Positions 17,577 through 27,989 of a DNA stretch of 64,000 nucleotides are shown here, one piece after another (the stretch's first letter is position 1; every line of letters starts with the position of its first letter). This DNA is from an uncultured bacterium (GTDB taxonomy: Bacteria > Bacillota > Clostridia > Christensenellales > QALW01). A program made the translations under genes and the position numbers. Under the pieces are notes generated by a model. The model saw only the letters and a list, made by a program, of their open reading frames with translations, was not told where the DNA came from and searched no databases. The stretch is from positions 14,521 to 78,520 of the forward strand of contig CAJMLN010000004.1 in the NCBI GenBank assembly GCA_905214315.1, read 5' to 3'.

Positions 17577-20189
17577 ATGCCCCTTTCACCGATGATGCAG
17601 CGCTATATCGTGCTGAAGGAAAAATATAAGGACTGCCTTGTGTTCTACCGGCTGGGCGATTTTTACGAGATGTTTTTCGACGACGCGCTGACGGCGTCCA
17701 AAGAGCTGCAGCTCACCCTTACCGGGCGCGACTGCGGCCTGGAGGAAAAAGCGCCCATGTGCGGCGTGCCGCACCACAGCGTAAACAATTACATCAACAA
17801 ACTGCTGGAAAAAAACTATAAGGTAGCCATCTGTGAACAGCTGACCGACCCCAAGGAATCCAAAGGGCTGGTGGAGCGGGACGTCATACGCGTAATTACC
17901 CCCGGCACGGTGATTGAGGACGCGATGCTGGAGGGGAAGAACAACAACTTTTTGGCCGCGGCCGTATGGCGGGAGAACCGCTGTGGCATCGCCTGGGCCG
18001 ACGTTTCCACCGGCGAATTCAATTTAACCGAGGTTTTGTGCCAAAACGATTTGGACGCCGTGTGCGACAAGCTGTTTGAAATTTCGCCCAACGAAATTAT
18101 CGTGGACGCCGGCTTTATGCAGGCGGCGCAAAAGATGCCGGAATATATTAAAAAACAGTTCAAGCCCTTTATGGAAGTACCCGGCCTGTTTGAGGCGGAG
18201 GCGGATATCGCCAAGCTGAACCGCCGCTTTCCCCAGGCCAAAAGCTTTAAAAAATACCCCTGCGCGGTACAGGCCGCCGCAGGGCTGTGGAGCTATTTAG
18301 GTTCCACCCAAAAGAATACGCTGGCGCATATGACGCAGCTTTCGTTTATTGCCGGCAAGGAATATTTGCAGCTGGACGCCGCGGCCCTGCGCAATTTGGA
18401 AATTTTTAAATCCATGGGTGGGCACGGCACGCGCGGCACGCTGCTGTGGCTTTTAGATAAAACCGAAACGGCCATGGGCGGAAGAAAGCTGAAAGCCTGG
18501 CTGGAGAGGCCTTTGCGCAAAAAAGAGGAGATTGACCGCCGGCTGGACGCGGTGGAGGAGCTGGCGCAGAATTACATTCTGCGGGAGGACCTTAAGCCCC
18601 AGCTGGGCGCCATCGGGGATATTGAGCGCATCTGCACCCGGGTTTCCTACGGCACGGTAAACGCGCGGGAGACCTCGGCCATGCGCCGTTCCTTAAAAGT
18701 TCTGCCGGATATCCAAAAAGCGCTGCTTGCCTGCCAAAGCGCCCTGCTGCGGGAGTGCGGCCAAAACATCGACGGCTTAGAGGATATCTTTGCGCTTTTA
18801 GAAGCCGCCATTGCCGAGGACCCGGCCGAGAGCGTAAAAGAGGGCGGCATCATCCGCGACGGCTATTCCGCCCAGCTGGACGAGTACCGCGACGCGGTAA
18901 AGAACGGCCAAAGCTGGATTTTGCAGCTGGAGGCCAAAGAGCGCGAGGAGACCGGCATTAAAACCTTAAAAATAAAGTTCAACAAAGTTTTTGGATATTC
19001 CATTGAGGTAACCAACAGCTTTCTGGATAAGGTTCCCTACAGCTATGTGCGCAAGCAGACGCTGACCGGCGGCGAGCGCTTTATTACGCCTGAGCTGAAG
19101 GCCGTGGAGGAAAAGATTTTAGGCAGCGAGGAAAAGGCAATCCGGCTGGAATACGAGATCTTCTGCCAGGTACGGGAGGAGCTTTTAAAGGCGCTTCCGC
19201 GCCTGAAGCAGACGGCGGCGGCCATCGCCGCGGCGGACTGCCTTTGCTCCCTGGCGGCAGTGGCGGCGGACTTTTCCTATACGCGGCCGGCGATAACGAC
19301 CGACGGGGCCATTCATATCACGCAGGGGCGGCACCCGGTTATCGAAGCGATGATGAACGACGCCTCCTTTGTGCCCAACGATACGCTTTTGGATACCGAG
19401 GAAAACCGCTTTATGGTCATCACCGGTCCCAACATGGCCGGCAAAAGCACGTATATGCGGCAGGTGGCGCTGATTACGCTGATGGCGCACATCGGCAGCT
19501 TTGTACCCGCGGCGCAGGCGGAAATTTCCGTATGCGACCGCATCTTTACCCGGGTGGGCGCCTCGGACGATTTAGCCGCGGGGCAGAGCACCTTTATGCT
19601 GGAGATGAACGAGGTGGCGGGCATTTTAAAGAACGCCACAAAGGACAGCCTGATTATTTTAGATGAAATCGGCCGGGGCACCAGCACCTTTGACGGGCTT
19701 TCCATTGCCTGGGCCGTGACCGAATATATTGCCCAAAAGAAAAACATCGGCGCCAAAACACTGTTTGCCACGCATTACCATGAATTAAGCGAATTAGAGG
19801 GTCGGCTGGACGGCATAAAAAACTACTGCATCACCGTAAAGGAACACGGGGACGACGTTATTTTTCTGCGCAAAATTCTGCGCGGCAGCGCGGATAAAAG
19901 CTTCGGCATCGCCGTGGCGCATTTGGCCGGCATTCCCAGGCCCGTGTTAGAGCGCGCAAAGGAAATTTTGGCGACCTTGGAGGAAGCGGACATCAGCAAA
20001 AGCGGCGTAGTTTTAACCGGCGGCAAAACAAAGCCCCAAAAAGCCGAGCAGACGCTGATGTTTGTAAGCGGCAATACGCAGGAGATTATACAGGAGCTCA
20101 AGGCGGTGGATATCAACACGCTTACGCCGATTTCGGCGCTGAATATCCTGTGCGAACTCCGCGAAAAAGCAAAGAGGGAAAATGAATGA
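17577..20189 (+). CDS. mutS: DNA mismatch repair protein MutS
   Basis: 870 aa. 'TPMMQQY'-like 'SPMMQRYIVLKEKY', 'FYRLGDFYEMF', Walker A 'GPNMAGKSTYMRQ' and 'STFMLEM' are all present. Confidence 0.97.
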   Translation: MPLSPMMQRYIVLKEKYKDCLVFYRLGDFYEMFFDDALTASKELQLTLTGRDCGLEEKAPMCGVPHHSVNNYINKLLEKNYKVAICEQLTDPKESKGLVERDVIRVITPGTVIEDAMLEGKNNNFLAAAVWRENRCGIAWADVSTGEFNLTEVLCQNDLDAVCDKLFEISPNEIIVDAGFMQAAQKMPEYIKKQFKPFMEVPGLFEAEADIAKLNRRFPQAKSFKKYPCAVQAAAGLWSYLGSTQKNTLAHMTQLSFIAGKEYLQLDAAALRNLEIFKSMGGHGTRGTLLWLLDKTETAMGGRKLKAWLERPLRKKEEIDRRLDAVEELAQNYILREDLKPQLGAIGDIERICTRVSYGTVNARETSAMRRSLKVLPDIQKALLACQSALLRECGQNIDGLEDIFALLEAAIAEDPAESVKEGGIIRDGYSAQLDEYRDAVKNGQSWILQLEAKEREETGIKTLKIKFNKVFGYSIEVTNSFLDKVPYSYVRKQTLTGGERFITPELKAVEEKILGSEEKAIRLEYEIFCQVREELLKALPRLKQTAAAIAAADCLCSLAAVAADFSYTRPAITTDGAIHITQGRHPVIEAMMNDASFVPNDTLLDTEENRFMVITGPNMAGKSTYMRQVALITLMAHIGSFVPAAQAEISVCDRIFTRVGASDDLAAGQSTFMLEMNEVAGILKNATKDSLIILDEIGRGTSTFDGLSIAWAVTEYIAQKKNIGAKTLFATHYHELSELEGRLDGIKNYCITVKEHGDDVIFLRKILRGSADKSFGIAVAHLAGIPRPVLERAKEILATLEEADISKSGVVLTGGKTKPQKAEQTLMFVSGNTQEIIQELKAVDINTLTPISALNILCELREKAKRENE

Positions 20190-22171
20190 AAATAAAATTG
20201 CTTGACGCCTCCGTTGCCAACAAAATCGCCGCGGGCGAGGTAGTGGAGCGGCCGGCTTCCATTGTAAAGGAGCTGGTGGAAAACAGCATAGACGCCGGCG
20301 CCAGCAGCGTAACGGTGGAAATCCGCGGCGGCGGGAGCGAGCTGATCCGCATTTCCGATAACGGCTGCGGCATGGAAGAGGAAGACGTAAAACAGGCCTT
20401 TCTGCGCCACGCCACCAGCAAAATCTCCCGCGCGGAGGATTTAAACGATATTAACACCTTAGGCTTCCGCGGCGAGGCGCTGGCCAGCATCGCGGCCGTC
20501 TCCCGCGTGCGCCTGGTAACACGAACCGCCGACGCGCAGGAGGGAACGGAAATTGAGCTGGAGGGCGGAAAAATACAAAAGTTCTGCGCCGCCGGCTGCC
20601 CGGAGGGGACGGGCATATGGGTAAAGGAGCTGTTCTTTAACACTCCCGCCCGCCGGAAATTTTTAAAAAAGCCCTCGCAGGAGGCCTCCTACATCGGCGA
20701 GGCGATGACGCGCCTTGCCCTTTCCAACCCCGGTATTTCCATGCGCTTTATCAGCGAAGGCAAAACGCTTTTGCACACCCCCGGCGACGGGAATCTGCTC
20801 TCCGCGATCCGTGCAATCTACGGCGCGGAGGTCTCCGGCAATATGCTTCCGGTAGACTATGAAGCCAACCATATCCGCTTGACCGGATATTTAGGCAACC
20901 GCGAGCTGCAGAAGAACAACCGCAGCTGGCAGCTGCTGTTTGTAAACGGCCGCTGGATTAAGAACCAGCTGGTTTCCCAGGCGGCGCAGGACGCCTATGC
21001 CGGAAGACTGAATATCGGCAAATTCCCGTTTTTTATTTTGAAAATGGAGCTTTCGGGGAATTTGGTGGATGTAAACGTGCATCCCAATAAGCAGGAGGTG
21101 CGCTTTGCCGACGGCCTGCCGGTTTATGAAACCGTGAACAGGGCCGTTTACGATGCTCTGCGGGTCCATCAGGAGGTCCCGGGGCTGTTCCGGGATCGTT
21201 TGCCGCAGATTTCAGGCACAGCGGGGATTATAGAGGTGGAAACCGTCGGCCAGGAAACGCCCGCATTTATCGAGGGCGCCGGGAAGACGCAGCCGGCCGG
21301 TATGCCGGCGGAGCCTGTTGTTTTGGAAAAGGGAAATATGGCTGTACCTGCGTATCCCGCCTCTGCACCGGAGCCTTCTGCACCGCAGCCTGCGAAGGAA
21401 GCGGCGCCTGAAAATTCTTTTTTACAGCCGCCGGAGCAGGAAAAACAGCGTGTGGCCCAGGAGGTAAAAAAGTTTGCCGAATTTATTGCCCAAAGCGCGC
21501 CGGAGGTGGCCGAAACCGGGTTTTCGCCGGTGGAGCTCTTTCAGCGTTCTCCGCAGCCTGCGGCTATGCAGCAGGAGCTTGCGCTTTCGTATCAGCCGCA
21601 GTATAAGGTAACGGGTATTCTGTTTGATACGTATATTCTTTTAGAGGCCGGAGAGGATGTATATATCGTTGACCAGCATGCCGCGCATGAACGGCTGCTG
21701 TTTGAAAAATTTATGAAGCAGGCCGGGGAAAACGCGTCGGCCAGCCAGCTGATGCTGGCGCCGGCGGTTATTCAGGTATCTCCCGCGGAGCAGGCCATTT
21801 TGGAGGAAATGCTGCCCCAGCTGGAGGAGATCGGCTATGAAATTGAAGCCATAGGTCCCGGCGCCTTTGCCGTAAAAGCCGCGCCCGCGGCCCTGGGGAC
21901 GGTGGATCCGGAGCGCTTTATTTCCGGTCTGCTGGATGAAAGTGCCTCGCTCAGGCAGCTAAAGAGCGCCGAGCTTAAGCGTTCGCGCCTGATACAGCTC
22001 TCCTGCAAAAGTGCGGTCAAGGGCGGCGATAAGCTTTCCGGAGAGGATATCGAAAAGCTGATGGAGCTGATCGTTCAGGAAAATATTCCGCTTTCCTGCC
22101 CCCACGGCCGGCCGATTTTAATTAAGCTTACAAAGCGCGAGCTGGAAGTGCGCTTTAAACGGATCCAATGA
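20186..22171 (+). CDS. mutL: DNA mismatch repair protein MutL
   Basis: 661 aa. The GHKL ATPase N-terminus reads 'IAAGEVVERPASIVKELVENSIDAG' and 'DNGCGM'. The C-terminal endonuclease region reads 'DQHAAHERLLFE' ... 'CPHGRP'. Confidence 0.95.
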   Translation: MKIKLLDASVANKIAAGEVVERPASIVKELVENSIDAGASSVTVEIRGGGSELIRISDNGCGMEEEDVKQAFLRHATSKISRAEDLNDINTLGFRGEALASIAAVSRVRLVTRTADAQEGTEIELEGGKIQKFCAAGCPEGTGIWVKELFFNTPARRKFLKKPSQEASYIGEAMTRLALSNPGISMRFISEGKTLLHTPGDGNLLSAIRAIYGAEVSGNMLPVDYEANHIRLTGYLGNRELQKNNRSWQLLFVNGRWIKNQLVSQAAQDAYAGRLNIGKFPFFILKMELSGNLVDVNVHPNKQEVRFADGLPVYETVNRAVYDALRVHQEVPGLFRDRLPQISGTAGIIEVETVGQETPAFIEGAGKTQPAGMPAEPVVLEKGNMAVPAYPASAPEPSAPQPAKEAAPENSFLQPPEQEKQRVAQEVKKFAEFIAQSAPEVAETGFSPVELFQRSPQPAAMQQELALSYQPQYKVTGILFDTYILLEAGEDVYIVDQHAAHERLLFEKFMKQAGENASASQLMLAPAVIQVSPAEQAILEEMLPQLEEIGYEIEAIGPGAFAVKAAPAALGTVDPERFISGLLDESASLRQLKSAELKRSRLIQLSCKSAVKGGDKLSGEDIEKLMELIVQENIPLSCPHGRPILIKLTKRELEVRFKRIQ

Positions 22172-23040
22172 GCGTACTGATCCTTGCCGGGCCCACGGCC
22201 TCGGGAAAAACACGGCTGGGGGCGGAGCTGGCCGGGCGGCTTGGCGGCGAAATCATCTCCTGTGATTCCATGCAGATTTATCGGGATATTCCCATCTGCT
22301 CCGCTGCGCCTTCAAAAGAGGAGCGGCGGGGAATTCCCCATCATTTAATCGGCTTTCTGCCCTTTGACGCAAGGTTTACCGTGGTGGATTACCGCAGGGA
22401 AGCCCTGAAAAAGATACGGGAAATTCTTGCGCGGGGGAAACAGCCCATTCTGGTGGGCGGAACGGGACTGTATGTTCATTCCCTGCTGTATGAGGCGGAC
22501 TTTGCCGGCGGGCAGGATGAGGCTCTGCGCCGCAGCCTGGAGGCGCTGACGGACGCCGAGCTGTATGCGCGCCTGCTGGAGGCGGATCGGAATACAAAAA
22601 TTTCTCCTTCTGACCGCAAACGGATGCTCCGTGCGCTGGAGGTCTACGCACTGACCGGGAAAACCCCGCAGCAGGGAGAGTCCTGGCGGAAAAAGAGTTC
22701 GGAGTTTGCCTATAAGCTGTTTTGCATTTCGCCCCCCCGCGAAGCGCTTTACGAAAGAATCAACCGCCGGGTGGAGGAGATGCTGGAGGCCGGGATGGAA
22801 GAGGAAATCCGGCGGCTGCAGAGGCTGGGCGTAAACGAAACGCACCAGTGCTACAAGGCTATCGGCTGCCGGCAGCTGATAGAATATTTTGAAGGAAAGA
22901 TTACGCGGGAGCAGGCGGTGGAAAAAATCAAGACCGAAAGCCGCCGGTACGCCAAGCGGCAGCTGACCTGGATGCGCGGCGAGGAGGCCGTGTGGCTGGA
23001 GGGAAAAGACCCGCTGAAGCAAATACTGGAGGAGCTATGA
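22168..23040 (+). CDS. miaA: tRNA dimethylallyltransferase
   Basis: 290 aa. P-loop 'GPTASGKT', 'ISCDSMQIYRDIPI' and 'PHHLI' are present. The gene overlaps the mutL stop. Confidence 0.9.
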   Translation: MSVLILAGPTASGKTRLGAELAGRLGGEIISCDSMQIYRDIPICSAAPSKEERRGIPHHLIGFLPFDARFTVVDYRREALKKIREILARGKQPILVGGTGLYVHSLLYEADFAGGQDEALRRSLEALTDAELYARLLEADRNTKISPSDRKRMLRALEVYALTGKTPQQGESWRKKSSEFAYKLFCISPPREALYERINRRVEEMLEAGMEEEIRRLQRLGVNETHQCYKAIGCRQLIEYFEGKITREQAVEKIKTESRRYAKRQLTWMRGEEAVWLEGKDPLKQILEEL

Positions 23041-24302
23041 ACGAAATACTGGCAGAAGAATACGGCGTTTCTGCGCCGCTTTTAAAAAAGGCGGCGGAGG
23101 CGGAGGAAAAGTGCGCCGGAGTTTTTCGGAAAATTGACGAGGTAAAGGAATACAACCAGCTGCGGGTGCTGCACGCGTTTATGGAGGAGCGGGTTTCGCC
23201 CTCGCACTTTGCGCCCAGCTACGGCTACGGCTACGACGACGCCGGAAGAGAAAAGCTGGAACAACTGTTCGCCCGCATTTTTAAGGCGGAGGCGGCACTG
23301 GTACGGCCGCACATTGCCTCCGGAACCCATGCGCTGTCTGTTGCCCTGCAGGGAATCGTGCGCCGGGGAGACCGCGTGGTTTCCGCCTCGGGCGCACCGT
23401 ATGATACCTTGGAGAGCATCATCGGCCATAAAGCGCCCGTTGAGGGCTCTCTCTGCGACAGAGGCGCTTTTTATGAGGAACTGCCGCTGAGGGCGGACGG
23501 CAAAATGGATTTTGAAAACCTTGCGGCCTTTGCGCGCGGCGCGGCGGTCATCATGCTGCAGCGCTCCCGCGGATATCAGGACAGACCCAGCCTTACGATT
23601 GCGGATATCCGCCGGGCGGCGGATATCATTCGGCAGGCGGAACCGTCGGCCGTGATTTTTGTGGATAACTGCTACGGCGAATTTGTGGAGGACTGCGAGC
23701 CGCTGGAGGCCGGCGCGGATATCATGGTAGGCTCGCTGATTAAAAACGCCGGCGGCGGTCTGGCCCCCACCGGCGCGTATATTGCCGGCCGGGCGGATTT
23801 AATAGAGCGCGTTTCCTACCGGCTGACGGCGCCGGGCATCGGCAGCGAGGTGGGCAGCTATGCGGCGGGATATCTGCCGTTTTATCAGGGATTGTTTTTA
23901 GCGCCGCAAACGGTTTCCGAGGCGCTCAAGGGCGCGGTGTTCACCGCCGCCATGCTGGAGGAGTACGGCTACCGGCCTTCGCCAAAATGGAATGAAGCGC
24001 GGGGCTGCATCATACAATCGGTACAGCTGGGCAGCGCCGAAAAGGTCGTTGCGCTGTGCCGGCAGATTCAAAGAGTTTCCCCGGTGGATTCCTACGTAAC
24101 GCCGGAGCCCTGGGCCATGCCGGGGTACAGCGACGAAGTGATTATGGCCGCGGGCACGTTTATCCAAGGGGCGTCCATTGAATTAAGCGGCGACGCGCCT
24201 ATTCGCGAACCCTATATGTTTTATATGCAGGGCGGCATTGTGTATGCCCAGGTAAAGGCGGCAGTGCTGTGCGCCCTTGAAAAAATGAACGGAGGTCTTT
24301 AA
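23037..24302 (+). CDS. YnbB-like PLP enzyme (Cys/Met-metabolism / 'aluminium resistance' family)
   Basis: The conserved position after miaA matches that seen in Firmicutes. 'SLIKNAGGGLAPTGAYIAG' is the PLP-Lys region. I prefer the ATG at 23037 (ATGA overlap with the miaA stop) over the ORF-track start at 22992. Confidence 0.7.
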   Translation: MNEILAEEYGVSAPLLKKAAEAEEKCAGVFRKIDEVKEYNQLRVLHAFMEERVSPSHFAPSYGYGYDDAGREKLEQLFARIFKAEAALVRPHIASGTHALSVALQGIVRRGDRVVSASGAPYDTLESIIGHKAPVEGSLCDRGAFYEELPLRADGKMDFENLAAFARGAAVIMLQRSRGYQDRPSLTIADIRRAADIIRQAEPSAVIFVDNCYGEFVEDCEPLEAGADIMVGSLIKNAGGGLAPTGAYIAGRADLIERVSYRLTAPGIGSEVGSYAAGYLPFYQGLFLAPQTVSEALKGAVFTAAMLEEYGYRPSPKWNEARGCIIQSVQLGSAEKVVALCRQIQRVSPVDSYVTPEPWAMPGYSDEVIMAAGTFIQGASIELSGDAPIREPYMFYMQGGIVYAQVKAAVLCALEKMNGGL

Positions 24303-24305
24303 AGG

Positions 24306-25523
24306 ATGGAACAGCTTGGCGTAAAACCGTGTGATATTCTGATTCCCGCGCCGGGAGCAGATCTGTACGCTTATTCGGTGGTGGCATGCGACCAGTTTAC
24401 CAGCGACGGGGCTTACTGGAAGGAGGCGGCGCGCATCGCGGGGGAAAAGCCCTCCGCGCTAAAGCTGATCTTTCCGGAGATTTATTTAGCCGGGGATAAC
24501 CGCGCGCGAACCGAGGAGATTAATAAAACGATGCGGGAATATCTTTCCGCCGGTGTTTTTTGCGAAATAAAAAACGCCGTCTTTTATGTGGAACGGACGC
24601 TCTCCTTCGGCGGCGTGCGCCGGGGCATCGTACTGGCGGCCGATCTGGAGGCGTATGACTATGCGCCGGACTCCCATTCGCTGATTCGCGCCACTGAGGG
24701 AACCATTGAGGATCGCCTTCCGCCGCGGGTGCTGATACGGAAGGACGCGCCGATCGAGCTGCCCCATATCATGCTGCTGATCGACGATAAAAAGAATCAG
24801 GTGATCGCGCCGCTTTCACAGATGGAAAAAACGCCGGTTTACCAGACGGAGCTGATGCTCGGCGGCGGCAGCATCAAGGGCTGGTGCCTGGGCGAGGAGG
24901 CAAAGGCGCATGTGCTGAACAGCCTACCCCTGGCGGAATGCGGTACGGGCGGGAATGTGATTCGCTTTGCCGTGGGCGACGGCAACCATTCCCTGGCCAC
25001 GGCTAAAAAATGCTGGGAAGAGCTGAAAAAAAGCCTGACGCCGGAGCAGCTTCAGAATCACCCCGCCCGGTACGCGCTGTGCGAGATTGTGAATCTGCAT
25101 GAGGAATCCATGGTGTTCGAGCCGATTCACCGGGTGCTGTTTGATGTGGACGTGCCGGATTTCCTTCGGGCGCTTGCGGACATAGAAGGGGAATCGGACC
25201 AGAGCTGCCTTGTTTTGGCGGAAGGAAGCGAACGGCGTATCTGTCTGAAGCCGTCCCATACGCTTACCGTGGGTACGCTGCAGCGCTTTCTGGACGAATA
25301 TCTGAAAGGCCATCCCGGGGTGCGCATCGACTATGTCCATGAGCCGGAGCAGGTAAAAAAGCTGGCAGGGGAAAAAAATACCGTGGGCATTTTATTGCCC
25401 GCCATTGCAAAGGAATCGCTCTTTCCGGCCGTGCAGGAGAACGGACCGCTTCCGCGCAAGACGTTCTCCATGGGCATGGGACAGGATAAACGCTACTATT
25501 TAGAGGCAAGAAAAATAAGATAG
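24306..25523 (+). CDS. DUF1015-like conserved protein
   Basis: 405 aa. The size and 'FAVGDGNHSLATAK' resemble the 'ADGHHR' core of DUF1015. This assignment is from memory only. Confidence 0.5.
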   Translation: MEQLGVKPCDILIPAPGADLYAYSVVACDQFTSDGAYWKEAARIAGEKPSALKLIFPEIYLAGDNRARTEEINKTMREYLSAGVFCEIKNAVFYVERTLSFGGVRRGIVLAADLEAYDYAPDSHSLIRATEGTIEDRLPPRVLIRKDAPIELPHIMLLIDDKKNQVIAPLSQMEKTPVYQTELMLGGGSIKGWCLGEEAKAHVLNSLPLAECGTGGNVIRFAVGDGNHSLATAKKCWEELKKSLTPEQLQNHPARYALCEIVNLHEESMVFEPIHRVLFDVDVPDFLRALADIEGESDQSCLVLAEGSERRICLKPSHTLTVGTLQRFLDEYLKGHPGVRIDYVHEPEQVKKLAGEKNTVGILLPAIAKESLFPAVQENGPLPRKTFSMGMGQDKRYYLEARKIR

Positions 25524-25535
25524 GGGATAAAGGAC

Positions 25536-26864
25536 ATGATAAAGGTAACAAAATTCGGCGGAAGCTCCCTGGCTGATGCGGCGCAGTTTCAGAAGGTGGC
25601 TGAAATTATTCAGGCCGATCCGGCCAGAAAGTACGTGGTGCCCTCGGCGCCGGGCAAGCGGTTTAAAAATGACGATAAGGTGACCGATCTTTTATATAAG
25701 AGCTACGCCCTTGCCAGCTCCGGGCAGGATACCGCCGAGGTGTTTGCGGAAATTACCCGCCGTTACACGGATATTAAAAACGAGCTGGCCCTTAAGACGG
25801 ACGTGGAAGGGCTGATTTCCCGGATAAAAAACCGGGTGGACGGCGGCGCCGGCATCGCGTATACGGCCTCCCGGGGCGAATATTTAAACGGTATTCTTTT
25901 GGCGGAATATTTAGGCTTTGCGTTTATTGACGCGGCGGAGGTTATTTTGTTTGATTCCCGCGGCGTGCTGGATGCGGAGAAGACCAATACCATTATGAGC
26001 AAACGGCTTTTAAAGGAAAAGCAGGCCGTGATCCCCGGCTTTTACGGCTCCGGCCCCGACGGCAGCATCGTTACATTTTCCCGCGGCGGCTCGGATATTA
26101 CCGGCTCGCTGGTAGCCCGCGCGGCTAAGGCGGATCTGTATGAAAACTGGACCGACGTTTCCGGCTTTATGGTTACCGATCCGCGGATTGTCCCCGAAAC
26201 CCGCGTGATCCGCTACATTACCTATAAGGAGCTGCGCGAGCTTTCCTATATGGGCGCTTCGGTGCTGCATCAGGATGCGGTATTCCCGGTTTCCCAGAGC
26301 GGGATTCCGATCAATATCCGCAACACCAATGAGCCCGACGCACCGGGAACCATGATTGTGCATCAGCTGCCCAGGGAGCATCAGAGCGATACGGTTATTA
26401 CCGGCATTGCCGGACATAAGGGCTACTGCGCCATTACCATCGAAAAGAATATGATGAACAGCGAGCTGGGCATCGGCCGCCGCTTTTTGGAGGTGTTTGA
26501 AAGAAACAACATCCTGTTTGAGCATCTTCCCAGCGGTGTGGATACGATGTCGGCCGTGCTCAACGCCAAGGCGATTGAGGGGAAACAGGAAAGCGTAATG
26601 GCCAGTATACAGGATGAAATTGAGCCGGATTCCATTGAGTTTATTCCCAACCTGGCACTTTTGGCCGTGGTAGGACACGGCATGGCCAGAAGCGCCGGCA
26701 CCGCGGGTAAGATTTTTTCGGCCTTGGGAAAACAGAATATCAATATTCGCATTATCGATCAAGGCTCCAGTGAAATCAATATTATCATCGGCGTTGATGA
26801 ACAGGATCTGGAAAAGAGTATCCGTACCATTTACGACGCCTTTGCCCGGGAAGAGCTTTTGTGA
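25536..26864 (+). CDS. Aspartate kinase
   Basis: 442 aa. The AAK fold shows 'VTKFGGSSLADA' and 'FSRGGSDITGS'. Two C-terminal ACT-like regions follow ('ALLAVVGHGM...'). Confidence 0.9.
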   Translation: MIKVTKFGGSSLADAAQFQKVAEIIQADPARKYVVPSAPGKRFKNDDKVTDLLYKSYALASSGQDTAEVFAEITRRYTDIKNELALKTDVEGLISRIKNRVDGGAGIAYTASRGEYLNGILLAEYLGFAFIDAAEVILFDSRGVLDAEKTNTIMSKRLLKEKQAVIPGFYGSGPDGSIVTFSRGGSDITGSLVARAAKADLYENWTDVSGFMVTDPRIVPETRVIRYITYKELRELSYMGASVLHQDAVFPVSQSGIPINIRNTNEPDAPGTMIVHQLPREHQSDTVITGIAGHKGYCAITIEKNMMNSELGIGRRFLEVFERNNILFEHLPSGVDTMSAVLNAKAIEGKQESVMASIQDEIEPDSIEFIPNLALLAVVGHGMARSAGTAGKIFSALGKQNINIRIIDQGSSEINIIIGVDEQDLEKSIRTIYDAFAREELL

Positions 26865-27709
26865 AACGGAAAAAAGCAATCTGCATCGCCTGTATTTTGC
26901 TTTCGGCAATCTTTACCGCGGGAGGAATTGCCGGAAGCATTTGGATAGAGAGAGAGATTCACTTTACCCCGGAATATGAAAGGATTGACCTCGCGCCGAT
27001 TCTGGAAAAGGAAACGCTTTGCCCGGAGGATTATAAAACGCTGTTTTATCAAACGGGCCTGGGCAGGCGGGCGGTTGACCAGCTGCGGACGCAGGAGGAT
27101 TTTACGGCGCAGATTACGGCGTTTCAGGAGGCGTTTTTCGGCGGAGCTTCAGCCGCCCGGTGTTACCGCGCGGGCATCAGCACGCGGATGGAGCATACGG
27201 TGGATGAGGACGGCAGAAATACGGCGGGCTTTTCTTTGGCGCCATATGAAGAGGGCTATGTGGTGGCCATGTTCTCCAGTCATTCCTTTGGCTGGCGGCA
27301 CGGTCACGCGGGGCTTATCACCGGCAGCAATCGTGTGCTGGAGGCACCGATTTTAGGCGTTCCCGCCGGAGAATACCGCTTGAATACGTGGCGGGAATAT
27401 CCCACGTTTGTCATGCTGCGGCTGAAAGATGCGTCGGAGGAGGAGCTGGAAAAAATAGCCGACGATGCACTGGAGAATCTGACGGGCGTTGACTACAGCC
27501 CGTTGGCGGGAGTTTTGCATAAATACAGCGGCCGGCGGCCAGCTACAACCCAGTGCGCACATCTGGTATGGCATGCGTTTTATACGGCCGGTTATGATAT
27601 CGATTCTACCGGCGGCAATATCGTTACCGTTTGGGATCTGGTGAACAGCGAGCTGTTTGAGGTGGTGCAGATCTATGGACTGGATCCGGATCGCCTGTGG
27701 CGGGAATAA
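26861..27709 (+). CDS. Membrane-anchored protein, possibly a permuted papain-fold (YiiX/YaeF-like) hydrolase
   Basis: It has an N-terminal TM helix. 'WRHGHAGLI' (His) precedes 'TQCAHLVWHAF' (Cys), the order expected for permuted NlpC/P60-like amidases. The evidence is weak. Confidence 0.35.
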   Translation: MKRKKAICIACILLSAIFTAGGIAGSIWIEREIHFTPEYERIDLAPILEKETLCPEDYKTLFYQTGLGRRAVDQLRTQEDFTAQITAFQEAFFGGASAARCYRAGISTRMEHTVDEDGRNTAGFSLAPYEEGYVVAMFSSHSFGWRHGHAGLITGSNRVLEAPILGVPAGEYRLNTWREYPTFVMLRLKDASEEELEKIADDALENLTGVDYSPLAGVLHKYSGRRPATTQCAHLVWHAFYTAGYDIDSTGGNIVTVWDLVNSELFEVVQIYGLDPDRLWRE

Positions 27710-27989
27710 AAGCATGTGTATATAAAAAAGGACTTACGCTGCATACCGCATGATAGCCCGATGAAAAAATGCGCTTTGACGATGAGAAGAAATAGCGGTG
27801 GAAAGAAAAATACGTCGCCTCTTGAAGCCGGGGAACTTTTTGCCTTGCAAAAATCCGGAGGAAGAGATAAAACGAAGCGGTGCCGTTTTTCTTTTTCATT
27901 TAATATTTGGAGTAAAAGAAGGCAGTTACGATAAAACCCCTGTTCGATTTTGTAGTGAACAGGGGCTTTATTGTGTTTGTAAGATGTTT

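Noticed and set aside
22992-23036. N-terminal extension of the ynbB-like ORF (and similar extensions at 16149, 32107, 36583, 40932, 56167 and 60016)
   Set aside because: Internal starts have better Shine-Dalgarno sequences, give ATGA coupling or proper signal peptides, and match family N-termini. The upstream extensions overlap neighbouring genes or encode junk.
27710-27989. Possible mobile-element boundary or att site at the downstream edge of the GRE locus
   Set aside because: Only a bidirectional terminator hairpin (cccctgttc...gaacagggg, about 27937-27970) is visible. I could not find direct repeats matching the other locus edge (about 41957-42380), and no integrase or transposase is present.
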